Source of the DNA: Macrostomum lignano | Taxonomy: Eukaryota | DNA length: 64,000 bases | Reading direction: 5' to 3' | Assembly (NCBI GenBank): GCA_002269645.1 | Contig: NIVC01000600.1 | Location: 238,638 to 302,637, forward strand | Shown: positions 44,401-53,600 of the stretch, in pieces | How positions within the stretch are numbered: position 1 is the stretch's first letter | How the letters are laid out: each line of letters opens with the position of its first letter | Made by a program: the position numbers and the translations under genes | The notes under the pieces: generated by a model | Database searches by the model: none | The model's input: only the letters and a program-made list of their open reading frames with translations | Told to the model about the DNA's origin: nothing

Positions 44401-45186
44401 TTGAATAATTGACATATAAATAGGAATATGTATATAACGTGGTTTGTAAAACTTGGGTGTTGACTCATTTGTATGAGATTGTACATGTAGTAGGGTTTCG
44501 AGTTGTAATTTTGGTGCGCGCTCAGACCGTCTGGGGATGACACTGTAGATTAATGTGAGTGTACATATAGAATTGGGGATAGACATTTGGGATAGGGATT
44601 AATGTACATGGGATTAATGTACATTTTGAGATAGATAGGGATTAATGTACATGGAATTAATATGAGCACATGGATTATTACAATTACATATTACCGTATA
44701 TCACGCTTAGGATAGCGTTTTTGTATACTACTTACTTCATTTTCGAATAGTAGTATAATTTGCGTTTTTTGCGTCAGAATTCTGAAAACCCGGCAGAATC
44801 TACGCGTTATGTAGTGATGTTGTCTTGCTTATTTGATACATGCATTTTCTAAGTGTGAAATGTCTTATATTTCTGAGCATCGGCTTTGTACACCATTCTA
44901 GCCACAACTTGTGCCATAGACCAAAAAGCCCGGTGACCGGAGGGGGCGGGCGGACTCCAAAAATCGGATCCAACACAACTAACACATCTAACACTTCCAA
45001 CAGCAACCGACAGATACAAAACTTACTATTACACACGACCCCTAGCCGCCCCGTAGGGGCTTGGGGCACAGAAAGCTTTTTTATGTTACTAAAAATGAGC
45101 CGAGTTTACAACTTTTCAGTAAGTGATACTTTTGAAACTGTTGCTAAAAATGCAGAGATAATAAAACAGCATATATTGAATGGAAT

Positions 45187-45504
45187 TGTAACGGTTTCGT
45201 AATTTCCATTATCAACTTTTCCAAATGTATGTAATTTATTTATTAACTGTTTCTTCTGTGTATAAATCAAAGTTAAAATGCATAAATTTTGTTTTATCGG
45301 ATTCTTCTTGGCACAAATTTAAATGCTGTTATCTATTTAAGTTATACCTTAGTGAGACGTAGGCACGTGGTGTCTGGCGTTGTTGTCGTCCAATTCCTCG
45401 CTAGCTCGCTAGCATTTCTCGCTAGCCAACAATAGCAGCCCAGCTCGTCTACGCGAACTCGCTCCGTCAGAACGCTACATAATTTTTGGAGGTCCCACCG
45501 AGAC
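45187..45504 (+). mobile_element. element D: 5' LTR (45187-45479) and tRNA-Gln-type PBS (45487-45504) of a truncated LTR element
   Basis: TGTAAC...GCTACA termini followed by TAATTTT and TGGAGGTCCCACCGAGAC, complementary to the tRNA-Gln 3' end. No second LTR or coding region was found in the window. Confidence 0.6.
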
Positions 45505-45755
45505 GAGATAATAATATATTGATTAATCTTGGTTTCATTTGTCTAAAATATTCTGAGGCAGCGCTGGATTCTGCCGATGTACTTATGACTAAGTGACTAA
45601 GTGGTTTCGTGCCCCGTGTGCCCCACCACCCCAATGCGTTAATAATTATATATTGAGCATCGTTTGTGTTAGCATCGTTGATGAATAATACATCGAAACT
45701 GAGACATCGTTTATTTTACCAAATCATCGCGCTACTCAGTTGAAACGACGCGACA

Positions 45756-46576
45756 ATGGCGTCGCAAGCAAATAGGCAGAGTCATGAACTCGATTTGGAC
45801 GACGCCGACATGGCCGAAGCATGGATGCAGCGACTCTCAGCCACAGCGCGCATCAAAAAGCTAACGGACTCGGATGAGGCTCGGGACAAAACTGACCTAT
45901 TCTTATCTAAGGCCGGCCTTCAGGCAATTCGCACGCTATCTCTAATGGCAGCGCCAAAAAAACTTGATGAGATGAAATTAGATGACATCAAAAAGCTCGT
46001 TGACGAGACGATCCGGCCGAAAAAGTCACTTGTAATTGCCGAACGCACCAGATTCCTCAGCCTGAAGCAGGTATCGGGTGAGAGCGTCATAGCCTACTAC
46101 CGGAGGCTGAGGGCTGCTACGTCACACTGCGAGTTTGAAAAGCTGGGCAGCAAGCAGATAAAGGAGGACGACATGATTACCATGCGATTAATTGACGGCC
46201 TCAACTCCTCAGAGCACAAAAAAAGAATCTTGGAGCGCCTACAAAACGAAGATGGAGAAATGCCACTCGACAGGATTTTGCAGAATTTGCAGCAGCTTGA
46301 GCAGATCCGTGACTACAACACGCCGGCCCCTGCTGACATCGCCTTCGCCGGTCAACAGAGGGGAGTCTCCTCACCTGCCAAGCCGCAGCCGTCAATCAAA
46401 TGCGGGTTCTGTGGCGCCAATCACTCTAGAGGCAACTGCCCAGCCTACGGCAAAAAATGCTTCAAGTGCCAAAAAAGAAATCACTTTGCGGCTGTCTGCA
46501 GATCGCGAGCTGTCCATCAGGAAATCGCACTCGATGCAGAAGAAGCAGACGTGTATACTCTCAGTCCCAACAGAGC
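45756..46576 (+). pseudogene. gag: element A gag, interrupted by element B
   Basis: AERTRFLSLKQVSGESVIAYYRRLR (MHR-like), CGFCGANHSRGNCPAYGKKCFKCQKRNHFAAVC; the frame resumes after B as AKVGLFKTIKIN..QVDTGA. Confidence 0.88.
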
Positions 46577-49500
46577 TGTTATGTTTTCTTTTACACCGAA
46601 GAAAGACGGAAGATAGTGTTTGAGCGTTTGCGAGCTTATGCCACTCGAGAGCATAGCCGTTTCAGAAACTTAATATATTTCTTTGGCTCGCGAGCCGTCT
46701 CAAGCATTTAATACTGTACCGAGTATCTAGAGTTTCAACCCTAGACACTTTAGAAGCAGAAAGCAAACGAGGCCGAAGTCTATAAGAAGTTAGAAGTCAC
46801 GTCACAACATCCCTCTTCCTTTCAATCTTGAGCCTGATACCTCTCCGGCGGTCTTCGCGTTCGCTGAGGGTATCTGCGATCCGCCATCGGTTGATCCTCA
46901 GCACTTGGAGGTTCTCTCACTGGCTCATTCGTTGCCTCGGCTCTGTCCCTGACATGGTCACGGTGCACGACCAGATCTCGTCCTTGCTCGTCCCGCACTC
47001 GTCTCAACTGTTCGCCGACAGCTTCGCGCAGCACTCCTTCCCTCCACTCCTTGTTAAACGGATCCTGGACCCAGACTGGGCTGTAGGCTTGGTCAATCCG
47101 CTTGTCTTGAAAGGACCGACGGTGCAGCAGTGAGAGTCTCGTGTTGAACTCGCGCCCAAACATTTCTCGGCACGGCGCGACTCCGTTGGCTCTTGGACAG
47201 ACTCGCACCGCGTACAAAGCCTGTTGCATCCGAACCTCCGGATCTGGGTCATTCAGCTGCTTCAGCTTGGTCTTCAGCTTTTTCACTGCAGCCTCTGCTA
47301 CGCCATTTGATGCGGGGTGGTAGCGGGGAGACTTCAGGTGTAACACTCCCATCCGCTTCAGCCAGGCCTCCGTCTCATGCGCCACAAACTGTCGTCCGTT
47401 GTCAGTGACTAGTACATCTGGGATACCAAAGTTGCAAAATGTTCTGCGGAGTACTCTGATGACCGACGTTGCATCGATTTCGCGCACCCATTCGGCAGCG
47501 ATGAATCCCGTCTTGGCGTCTGAAACCACCAGAAAGTTGCTTCCATCCAGTTGTCCCAGGTCAGCGTGCACTTGGCACCAAGCCTCCTTTGGTACTGGCC
47601 ATGGTTTGAGCACCGATTTCTGGGATGGTCTCATGCGCTGGCACGTGTGGCATTCCGAAACGCACTTTTCTATCTCTGTCTCCATTAGCGGCCACCAGAC
47701 ATACTGGCGGGCCCACGCCTTTATGGCTTGCATTCCGGGATGGGAACAGTGGAGAAATTGGATGACTTGCGCTCGGAACTTCACCGGGATGACGATCCGA
47801 TGGTCCAGTAGCAGTAGATGGTCGCTGCAATTCAGTCTGCACTGTACTCTTCTGTATGAGTCCGGCACGTCCTCACCAGATCGCAACCTCTGTAGAACGT
47901 CTTGGATCTCCTTGTCCTCCTTGGACGCCTGCTCCATCTGATCCTTCGTGACTGGTCCATCTTCTGACAGGGCGATGTCCACCGCAGCAACTTCGTTAAC
48001 CGCTTCAGTCGCCGTTTTGTCGCTCCAGTTATTTCCGTCAGTTGGTAGTCTCGACAACGCGTCGGCATGAGGAATTTCGTGCGTTCTTTTGCCTCTGACT
48101 AGGTACTGGTACGTAGCCAGCAACTCAGCCCAGCGCTGAACTCTCTTACTTGCTCTCTCGGGCAGGTCTTTGTGTGATGCGAATAAGAATTCTAGAGGCT
48201 TGTGATCGGTCACAATCACAAAACTCCGATAAGCTAGGAATCGATTTAGCTTCTTGACGCACCAGACCACTCCGAGGGCTTCTCGTTCTAGCTGGCTGTA
48301 TCGCGACTCCGCAGGTGTGAGTTTCTTGGACACAAACGCTACAGGCCTTCCATTCTGCTCCAGCACTCCTCCAATGCCGTAGGGCGATGCATCTGTAGTC
48401 AGAGTTAGCTCCTTACTTGGATCGTACGGCGCTAGCACCTGCCTTGATGTAATGTCCTGCTTCAATTGCATCACGGCCTTCGTGTGTTCTTGTTGCCATG
48501 TCCAGTTGACATCTTTCTTCAGCAAGTTATACAGAATGGCAGTCTTCGTGGCCACTTGCGGGATGAACGGCGCATAGAAATTTATCAGTCCCAGAAATGT
48601 TCTCAGCTCTTCCTGGTTTCTTGGATCTTCCATGCTTTGTATTGCCGTCACCTTATCCTCGTTCATGCAGCATCCCTCCTTTGAGATCTTAAGGGCTAGA
48701 AATTCGACCTCTTCCTTGTCGAACTGGCACTTCTTAGCATTCAGTGTGATGTCATTTTCTTGCAGCCTTTTAAGTATTATTTCCGTCTTCTCAGCTAAAT
48801 TTTCCCGGTTTTTTCCACAGACTAGAATGTCGTCAATGAACACCACCACTCCGAGGACATCCCGAAGCAACTCGCATAGTGTGTTCTGAAACAATCCAGG
48901 AGCAGATGACAGTCCGTATGGTAATACCCTGTACCGAAAGTAACCAAAAGGTGTTGCGATAGTAGTGATATCCCGTGAGTCCTCGCACAGCTCCAGGTTA
49001 TGGTATGCATCCTTCAAATCTAGCACAGTGAAACGGCTGCATCCTGAGATGGCTCGTTGCACATCCGCCTTTGTTGGCATATCGATTGGCGGTAGCCGTA
49101 AAAACTGGTTGACCCGTCTATAGTCTCCACACAGCCTGATGTCTCCCGAGCTTTTGGGAACGACCACAATCGGACTAGCGAACACCGGCTGTTCTACTTT
49201 TTCAATTATCTTCCGCTTTTCCAGATCTTCTAATCTTTCCTTAACGGCTGGTACCAGCGAAAATGGGAGTGGTCGGGCCTTCGATACCACCGGTCTCGTG
49301 TTTTCTCGTACTTCCAACTTCACTTGAATTCGCTTATAAGCCACTGAAGCTTGACAACGGCGTTTGGTAACTTCGATACCCAAACTACTAAACCAATTTC
49401 GGCCAATAACCGGCTTTGCGTTCATGTCCATGACTACCACAGGTAATGAGCACTTACTTTCATCTTCGGTCTGAACTCGAACATCTGCGGTACCACATAC

Positions 49501-50803
49501 TGGTAGGTCTTGTCCTCCGTATGATGTTAGTCGACAATTTGGGTCTGTCCAATGCAGTCCTAGTTGTTCAGCCAAAATCTTAGAAATGCAGGTCACTGAT
49601 GCACCAGAGTCCACCATCATAGCAACGTCCTTATCGTTCAGTTTTACATTGATCCAGACGCTTGATCTGTCCCGGTCATCGCATAGGCTAAAAAGCTCAT
49701 TGTCCTTGGCTGGTTCATCCTCCTCCTCGATTCCTGCACACTCTCGCATTGACAACTTTCCTTTAATGGAGCCAGATGCCATCCTTCCATGTGAGCTAGC
49801 TTGCTTGTTAAGCTTACATGCAGCTTCAAAATGGTTTATTTTCCCACATTTTCGACATTTTGCTCCAAACGCAGGGCATGCCTTTGGCGGGTGCCTCTTC
49901 ATACAGAAATTGCAAGCCTTGCTGAATGTGCGTCCTTGAGCTTGGGCCCTGTTTTGTTGTCGTACTCTGCCCTTAGTCGCACTGACTGTTTCCACCTTTC
50001 CATTAGCGCTTAAGGCACTCTTGCTTACTTGCTCTTGCGCCGTGGCAGTCTCCACCGCCAGCTCCAGGGTCAGCGGGTCTTTGATAAGCAGCTCTTTCAC
50101 CACTGACTCACTGCGCAGTCCTGCCACGAATCTGTCTCGCAAAGCTTCTTGTAGGAAATCTCCGAATTGACATCGGTCTGCTTGAGCACGTAACCTGTTC
50201 TCAAAATCTGCCGCTGATTCGTATTCATCTTGCTTCAGTAAGTTAAACTTGTAGCGCTCAGCTACAACCAGTTTCTTCTGCGGCACGACATGCTTCTCAA
50301 TTTCATCCTTCAATTCCTTGAAGGTCTTGTTCTCTGGCTTCGCCGGAGCGACCAGGTTCCGCAGCTTGTCGTAGGCAGTTTCCCCCATGAGGCTTATGAA
50401 GAAGTCGGTCTTGGGCGAAAACCCTTCCTCCTTCTCATCCTTCACGCCGGATCTCCTGCAGACGGCTTCAAACCGCTCGATCCAGGCCTCGAATTTGTCC
50501 TCTGTCCAGGGAAGCTCCCGCAGGTTCTCTCGAGACAGCGACGCCATTGTTATCCTGCTTGCGACGCCATTGTTATGTTTTCTTTTACACCGAAGAAAGA
50601 CGGAAGATAGTGTTTGAGCGTTTGCGAGCTTATGCCACTCGAGAGCATAGCCGTTTCAGAAACTTAATATATTTCTTTGGCTCGCGAGCCGTCTCAAGCA
50701 TTTAATACTGTACCGAGTATCTAGAGTTTCAACCCTAGACACTTTAGAAGCAGAAAGCAAACGAGGCCGAAGTCTATAAGAAGTTAGAAGTCACGTCACA
50801 ACA
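46577..50803 (-). mobile_element. element B: intact 4227-bp Gypsy (Mag-like) LTR retrotransposon
   Basis: Two 233-bp LTRs (46577-46809, 50571-50803) identical by eye, TSD AGAGC, PBS TGGCGTCGCAAGCAGGAT (tRNA-Ser-like 3' end), PPT GAAAGGAAGAGGGA. Confidence 0.96.
46822..50547 (-). CDS. element B Gag-Pol polyprotein (1241 aa)
   Basis: CCHC knuckles, MVDSGAS protease, RLCGDYRRVN / LDLKDAY / FIDDIL RT, TDASPYGIG RNase H, HHCC, ADLG..TDNGRQF..NGVAEAAV integrase. Confidence 0.96.
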   Translation of the reverse strand: MASLSRENLRELPWTEDKFEAWIERFEAVCRRSGVKDEKEEGFSPKTDFFISLMGETAYDKLRNLVAPAKPENKTFKELKDEIEKHVVPQKKLVVAERYKFNLLKQDEYESAADFENRLRAQADRCQFGDFLQEALRDRFVAGLRSESVVKELLIKDPLTLELAVETATAQEQVSKSALSANGKVETVSATKGRVRQQNRAQAQGRTFSKACNFCMKRHPPKACPAFGAKCRKCGKINHFEAACKLNKQASSHGRMASGSIKGKLSMRECAGIEEEDEPAKDNELFSLCDDRDRSSVWINVKLNDKDVAMMVDSGASVTCISKILAEQLGLHWTDPNCRLTSYGGQDLPVCGTADVRVQTEDESKCSLPVVVMDMNAKPVIGRNWFSSLGIEVTKRRCQASVAYKRIQVKLEVRENTRPVVSKARPLPFSLVPAVKERLEDLEKRKIIEKVEQPVFASPIVVVPKSSGDIRLCGDYRRVNQFLRLPPIDMPTKADVQRAISGCSRFTVLDLKDAYHNLELCEDSRDITTIATPFGYFRYRVLPYGLSSAPGLFQNTLCELLRDVLGVVVFIDDILVCGKNRENLAEKTEIILKRLQENDITLNAKKCQFDKEEVEFLALKISKEGCCMNEDKVTAIQSMEDPRNQEELRTFLGLINFYAPFIPQVATKTAILYNLLKKDVNWTWQQEHTKAVMQLKQDITSRQVLAPYDPSKELTLTTDASPYGIGGVLEQNGRPVAFVSKKLTPAESRYSQLEREALGVVWCVKKLNRFLAYRSFVIVTDHKPLEFLFASHKDLPERASKRVQRWAELLATYQYLVRGKRTHEIPHADALSRLPTDGNNWSDKTATEAVNEVAAVDIALSEDGPVTKDQMEQASKEDKEIQDVLQRLRSGEDVPDSYRRVQCRLNCSDHLLLLDHRIVIPVKFRAQVIQFLHCSHPGMQAIKAWARQYVWWPLMETEIEKCVSECHTCQRMRPSQKSVLKPWPVPKEAWCQVHADLGQLDGSNFLVVSDAKTGFIAAEWVREIDATSVIRVLRRTFCNFGIPDVLVTDNGRQFVAHETEAWLKRMGVLHLKSPRYHPASNGVAEAAVKKLKTKLKQLNDPDPEVRMQQALYAVRVCPRANGVAPCREMFGREFNTRLSLLHRRSFQDKRIDQAYSPVWVQDPFNKEWREGVLREAVGEQLRRVRDEQGRDLVVHRDHVRDRAEATNEPVREPPSAEDQPMADRRYPQRTRRPPERYQAQD

Positions 50804-50808
50804 AGAGC

Positions 50809-52188
50809 TAAAGTGGGCCTTTTCAAGACCATCAAAATCAACGCCCAGGGCATCTCAATGCAAGTCGACACCGGAGCTGAGGTCAGCCTGATTCCGCAGA
50901 ACCTCTGGCGCCAGCTGGGCCAGCCCACCCTGCGCAAGTGTAGGAGAATTCTCCGGCAGTTCGACGGCTCCAGCATCGCCTGCCTCGGGGAATTCACTGC
51001 GTCACTCGAGACCAACTCGAAATTCGTCACGATTGACCTGGTTGTCACCGCCGCGGAGAAGAAGCACGGTCTGCTTGGCATGGACAACATCAAGCTCCAA
51101 GAAGACGCGGTCACCATCAACGCGGTCCAGCAGCTCGGGTGCCTCAAAGGGTTCAAAGCTAAGATTAGACTGGTGGTAGGAGCCAAGGCGTTCTATTGTG
51201 CTGCCCGATCTGTGCCGCTACACCTCAGAGACTTGGTGGTGCGCGAGCTGCAGAGAATGGAATCCGAGGGTATCATTGAGGTGGTCCCTCCCGGAGGCAG
51301 CCAGTGGGCATCGCCTATTGTCAACGTGCTCAAACCAAATGGAAAGGTTCGCGCCTGTGCCGATTTTAAAGCTGGTGTCAATCACCAGATATGCAATGAC
51401 ACCTACCCGATCCCGGAGATGGAGACGATTTTTTCTGAGATGGCAGGCATGTCGCACTTTGCTAAACTGGATCTCTCTGATGCTTATCTGCAAATCGAGC
51501 TCGATGAAGATAGCCGAGAGGTGACGACAATCGCGACGCCTTTGGGTCTCTTCCGCTACAAAAGGCTGGTTCCCGGGCTGAAATCTGCATAGGCCATTTT
51601 CCAGAAAGCCATGGAAACAATCCTACAGGATGTCAGCAACAAGATTGTCTACCAGGATGACGTCCTCCTGGGAGCGAAATCCAACGCCGAATTAAGGAGC
51701 AAAGTGCAGCACGTTCTCCAGACGATGCGAGCTGCTGGAATGACAATCAATCTAGAAAAGTCCAATCTGAGCGCAACGGAGGTCAGATTCCTCGGCTACA
51801 GCATCAGCGCGGGCGGGATCACCCCGGACCCCAATCTGGTCGGAAAAATTCGCTCCGTGAACTCGCCGAAGGACAGAAAGCAGCCGAATCGTTTCTTTGA
51901 CTTTCCAACTTCTTCGGGAGGTTTATTAAGAACTACTCTGATGTCATAGAACCGCTCAATCAACTCCGGGGCCGAAACGTTGAGTTCGTCTGGGGCCCAA
52001 CCCAGGAAGCTGCCTTCACGCGAATCAAGGATCTGCTCTGCAGCGAGCCTGTAATCAAGCCGTATGACAAGCACAAAGAGACCACGCTCACTACCGATGC
52101 TAGCGAGAAAGCCATTGGAGCGATCCTCTCGCAGGGCAACCACCCGATCATGTACTTCAGCCGGAGACTGAGCAGTGCAGAAGCACGG
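50809..52188 (+). pseudogene. pol: element A protease-RT-RNase H (premature TAG at 51590-51592, frameshift ~51880-51950), interrupted by element C
   Basis: QVDTGAEVS, WASPIVNVLK, CADFK, KLDLSDAYLQ, YQDDVLL, TDASEKAIGAIL, YFSRRLSSAEAR. Confidence 0.88.
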
Positions 52189-52338
52189 TGTGACGGTGGA
52201 CTTTTCTTTGTGCCACCCCATTTTTGATAAGTCTATAAATAGACCTGGTGCACGCCAGAGGGCGATACTTGTTTTTTTTTGGTTTTGGCTCAGTTAGGAG
52301 CCTTGGACAATCAATATCATTCTTATTTATTTACAAGA

Positions 52339-53600
52339 ATGCAACATGGTGGCAGCGGTGCGGGCTCGAAGCACCCGTACAACCTGCGTTCCCAAGACGG
52401 GGCGCTCGGAGAAGGCTCCGAAGACAATGCTGAAGAAGCCAGCGGAATCCAAGATTCAGCTACGCTGGAGGGCGCGAATCTGATGGAGACAATGAAGATG
52501 CTCCTGACGCACCAGAGTCAGCAGCTACAAGAAATGACTCGCGCGCAAGAAAGGAATCAGCATTTTACCTGGAGCAACTGGCTCGTCAACAAGCGGAGTT
52601 CACAAAGCTCCTGGCCGAGTCTAAGCCACGACCACAAGCAGCGGAGCCCAAGCTGTTTAAGCTGACGGACTCTGATGACATCGAGGCATTCCTGATGACC
52701 TTCGAAAGGGCAGCGGCATCGTGTGGATGGCAAAAGTCAGAGTGGACGATTCGGCTGGCACCGCTACTGACGGGCGTTGCGCAGAGCGCATTCCACAGTC
52801 TGACGACAGCGGCGAGCGCGGACTACGACTTGGCAAAGGCGACCATCTTAGCGAGATACAACATCGGCGAGGAGACCTACCGACAGCGATTTCGGTCTTT
52901 GCGGAAGGCGCCTGAAGAGACCTTCCAGGTGTTCGCGACAAAGCTGGAAGACCTGTTTGTCCGATGGATGACAGCTGGGCTGGACGAGGATCAGAGAGAG
53001 GAACTGATAAGTGGCGACTCCATCGTCAGGCAGAAAGTGCTTCTGGAGCAGTTTACGGACTCTCTGACAAGAGGACTCCAGGTGTGGATGCGAGAGAGAA
53101 AACCGAAGGACATCAAAGAGGCTGCGAAACTGGCGATGACTACGCAATGGCAAGAAACAGCGACAAGGGCGGCGGAACACCAGGACACCCGAGCCAAGAG
53201 ACCTCTGAGGGGGCGACGGCGTCCAATGCTATGGACAAACAAAGGACGATTCAGAGACCGCAAAGCCTAAAGCCTAAGATTAGCTGCTTCAACTGCGGAG
53301 GCCCCCACAAGAAGTTTCAGTGTACCAACAAGCCCGCCAATGTCCACTTGGCCTCAGAGGAAAGAGCTATGGATGCTGCTTCGGGCATGTTCGTCACCGG
53401 ACATGCGGATGGCAAAGAACTGCTTTTCCTGTGGATACTGGAGCTGATCGAACTACGATTCGGCGTAGCTGTCTACCTGAAAACATTAATTGGACAGGAC
53501 ATCATGCACTATTGCGCTGTTTTGGCGGCGACCTACACCGTCTTCCAATCGCTAAAGTGGAGCTGCACCTAAAGGGCTACATAGAACCACTGAGGTTTGT
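52339..53600 (+). pseudogene. gag: element C gag (SCAN-related capsid, CCHC knuckle) and protease, with several 1-bp frameshifts
   Basis: DDIEAFLMTFERAA..W..RLAPLLTG..YRQRFR..LLEQF..VWMRERKPK; CFNCGGPHKKFQC; protease VDTGA split across frames at ~53425. Confidence 0.8.

Larger units (their letters stand above)
32736..44815. mobile_element. giant fold-back (palindromic) element: two ~4.63-kb inverted arms, 48-bp spacer, 6-bp TSD GATGTT
   Basis: 32736-35683 mirrors 41870-44815 and 38446-40133 mirrors 40182-41869; identical ORFs appear on opposite strands in the ORF track. GATGTT flanks both ends (32730-32735; 44816-44821). Termini ACTACATAAC...GTTATGTAGT. Confidence 0.88.

Noticed and set aside
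32965-44586. Paired identical small ORFs (60-101 aa) in the two arms as genes
   Set aside because: They are duplicated only because of the inversion, have no recognisable motifs, and one pair is broken by a homopolymer indel.
32736-44815. Palindrome as a pure sequencing or assembly fold-back artefact
   Set aside because: An exact 6-bp TSD, a Helitron in only one arm, and a spacer unrelated to the SMRTbell adapter argue for a real structure; read-level confirmation is still needed.
44840-45202. 120-aa ORF between the palindrome and LTR D
   Set aside because: TTG start, no recognisable domain, and it runs into the LTR.
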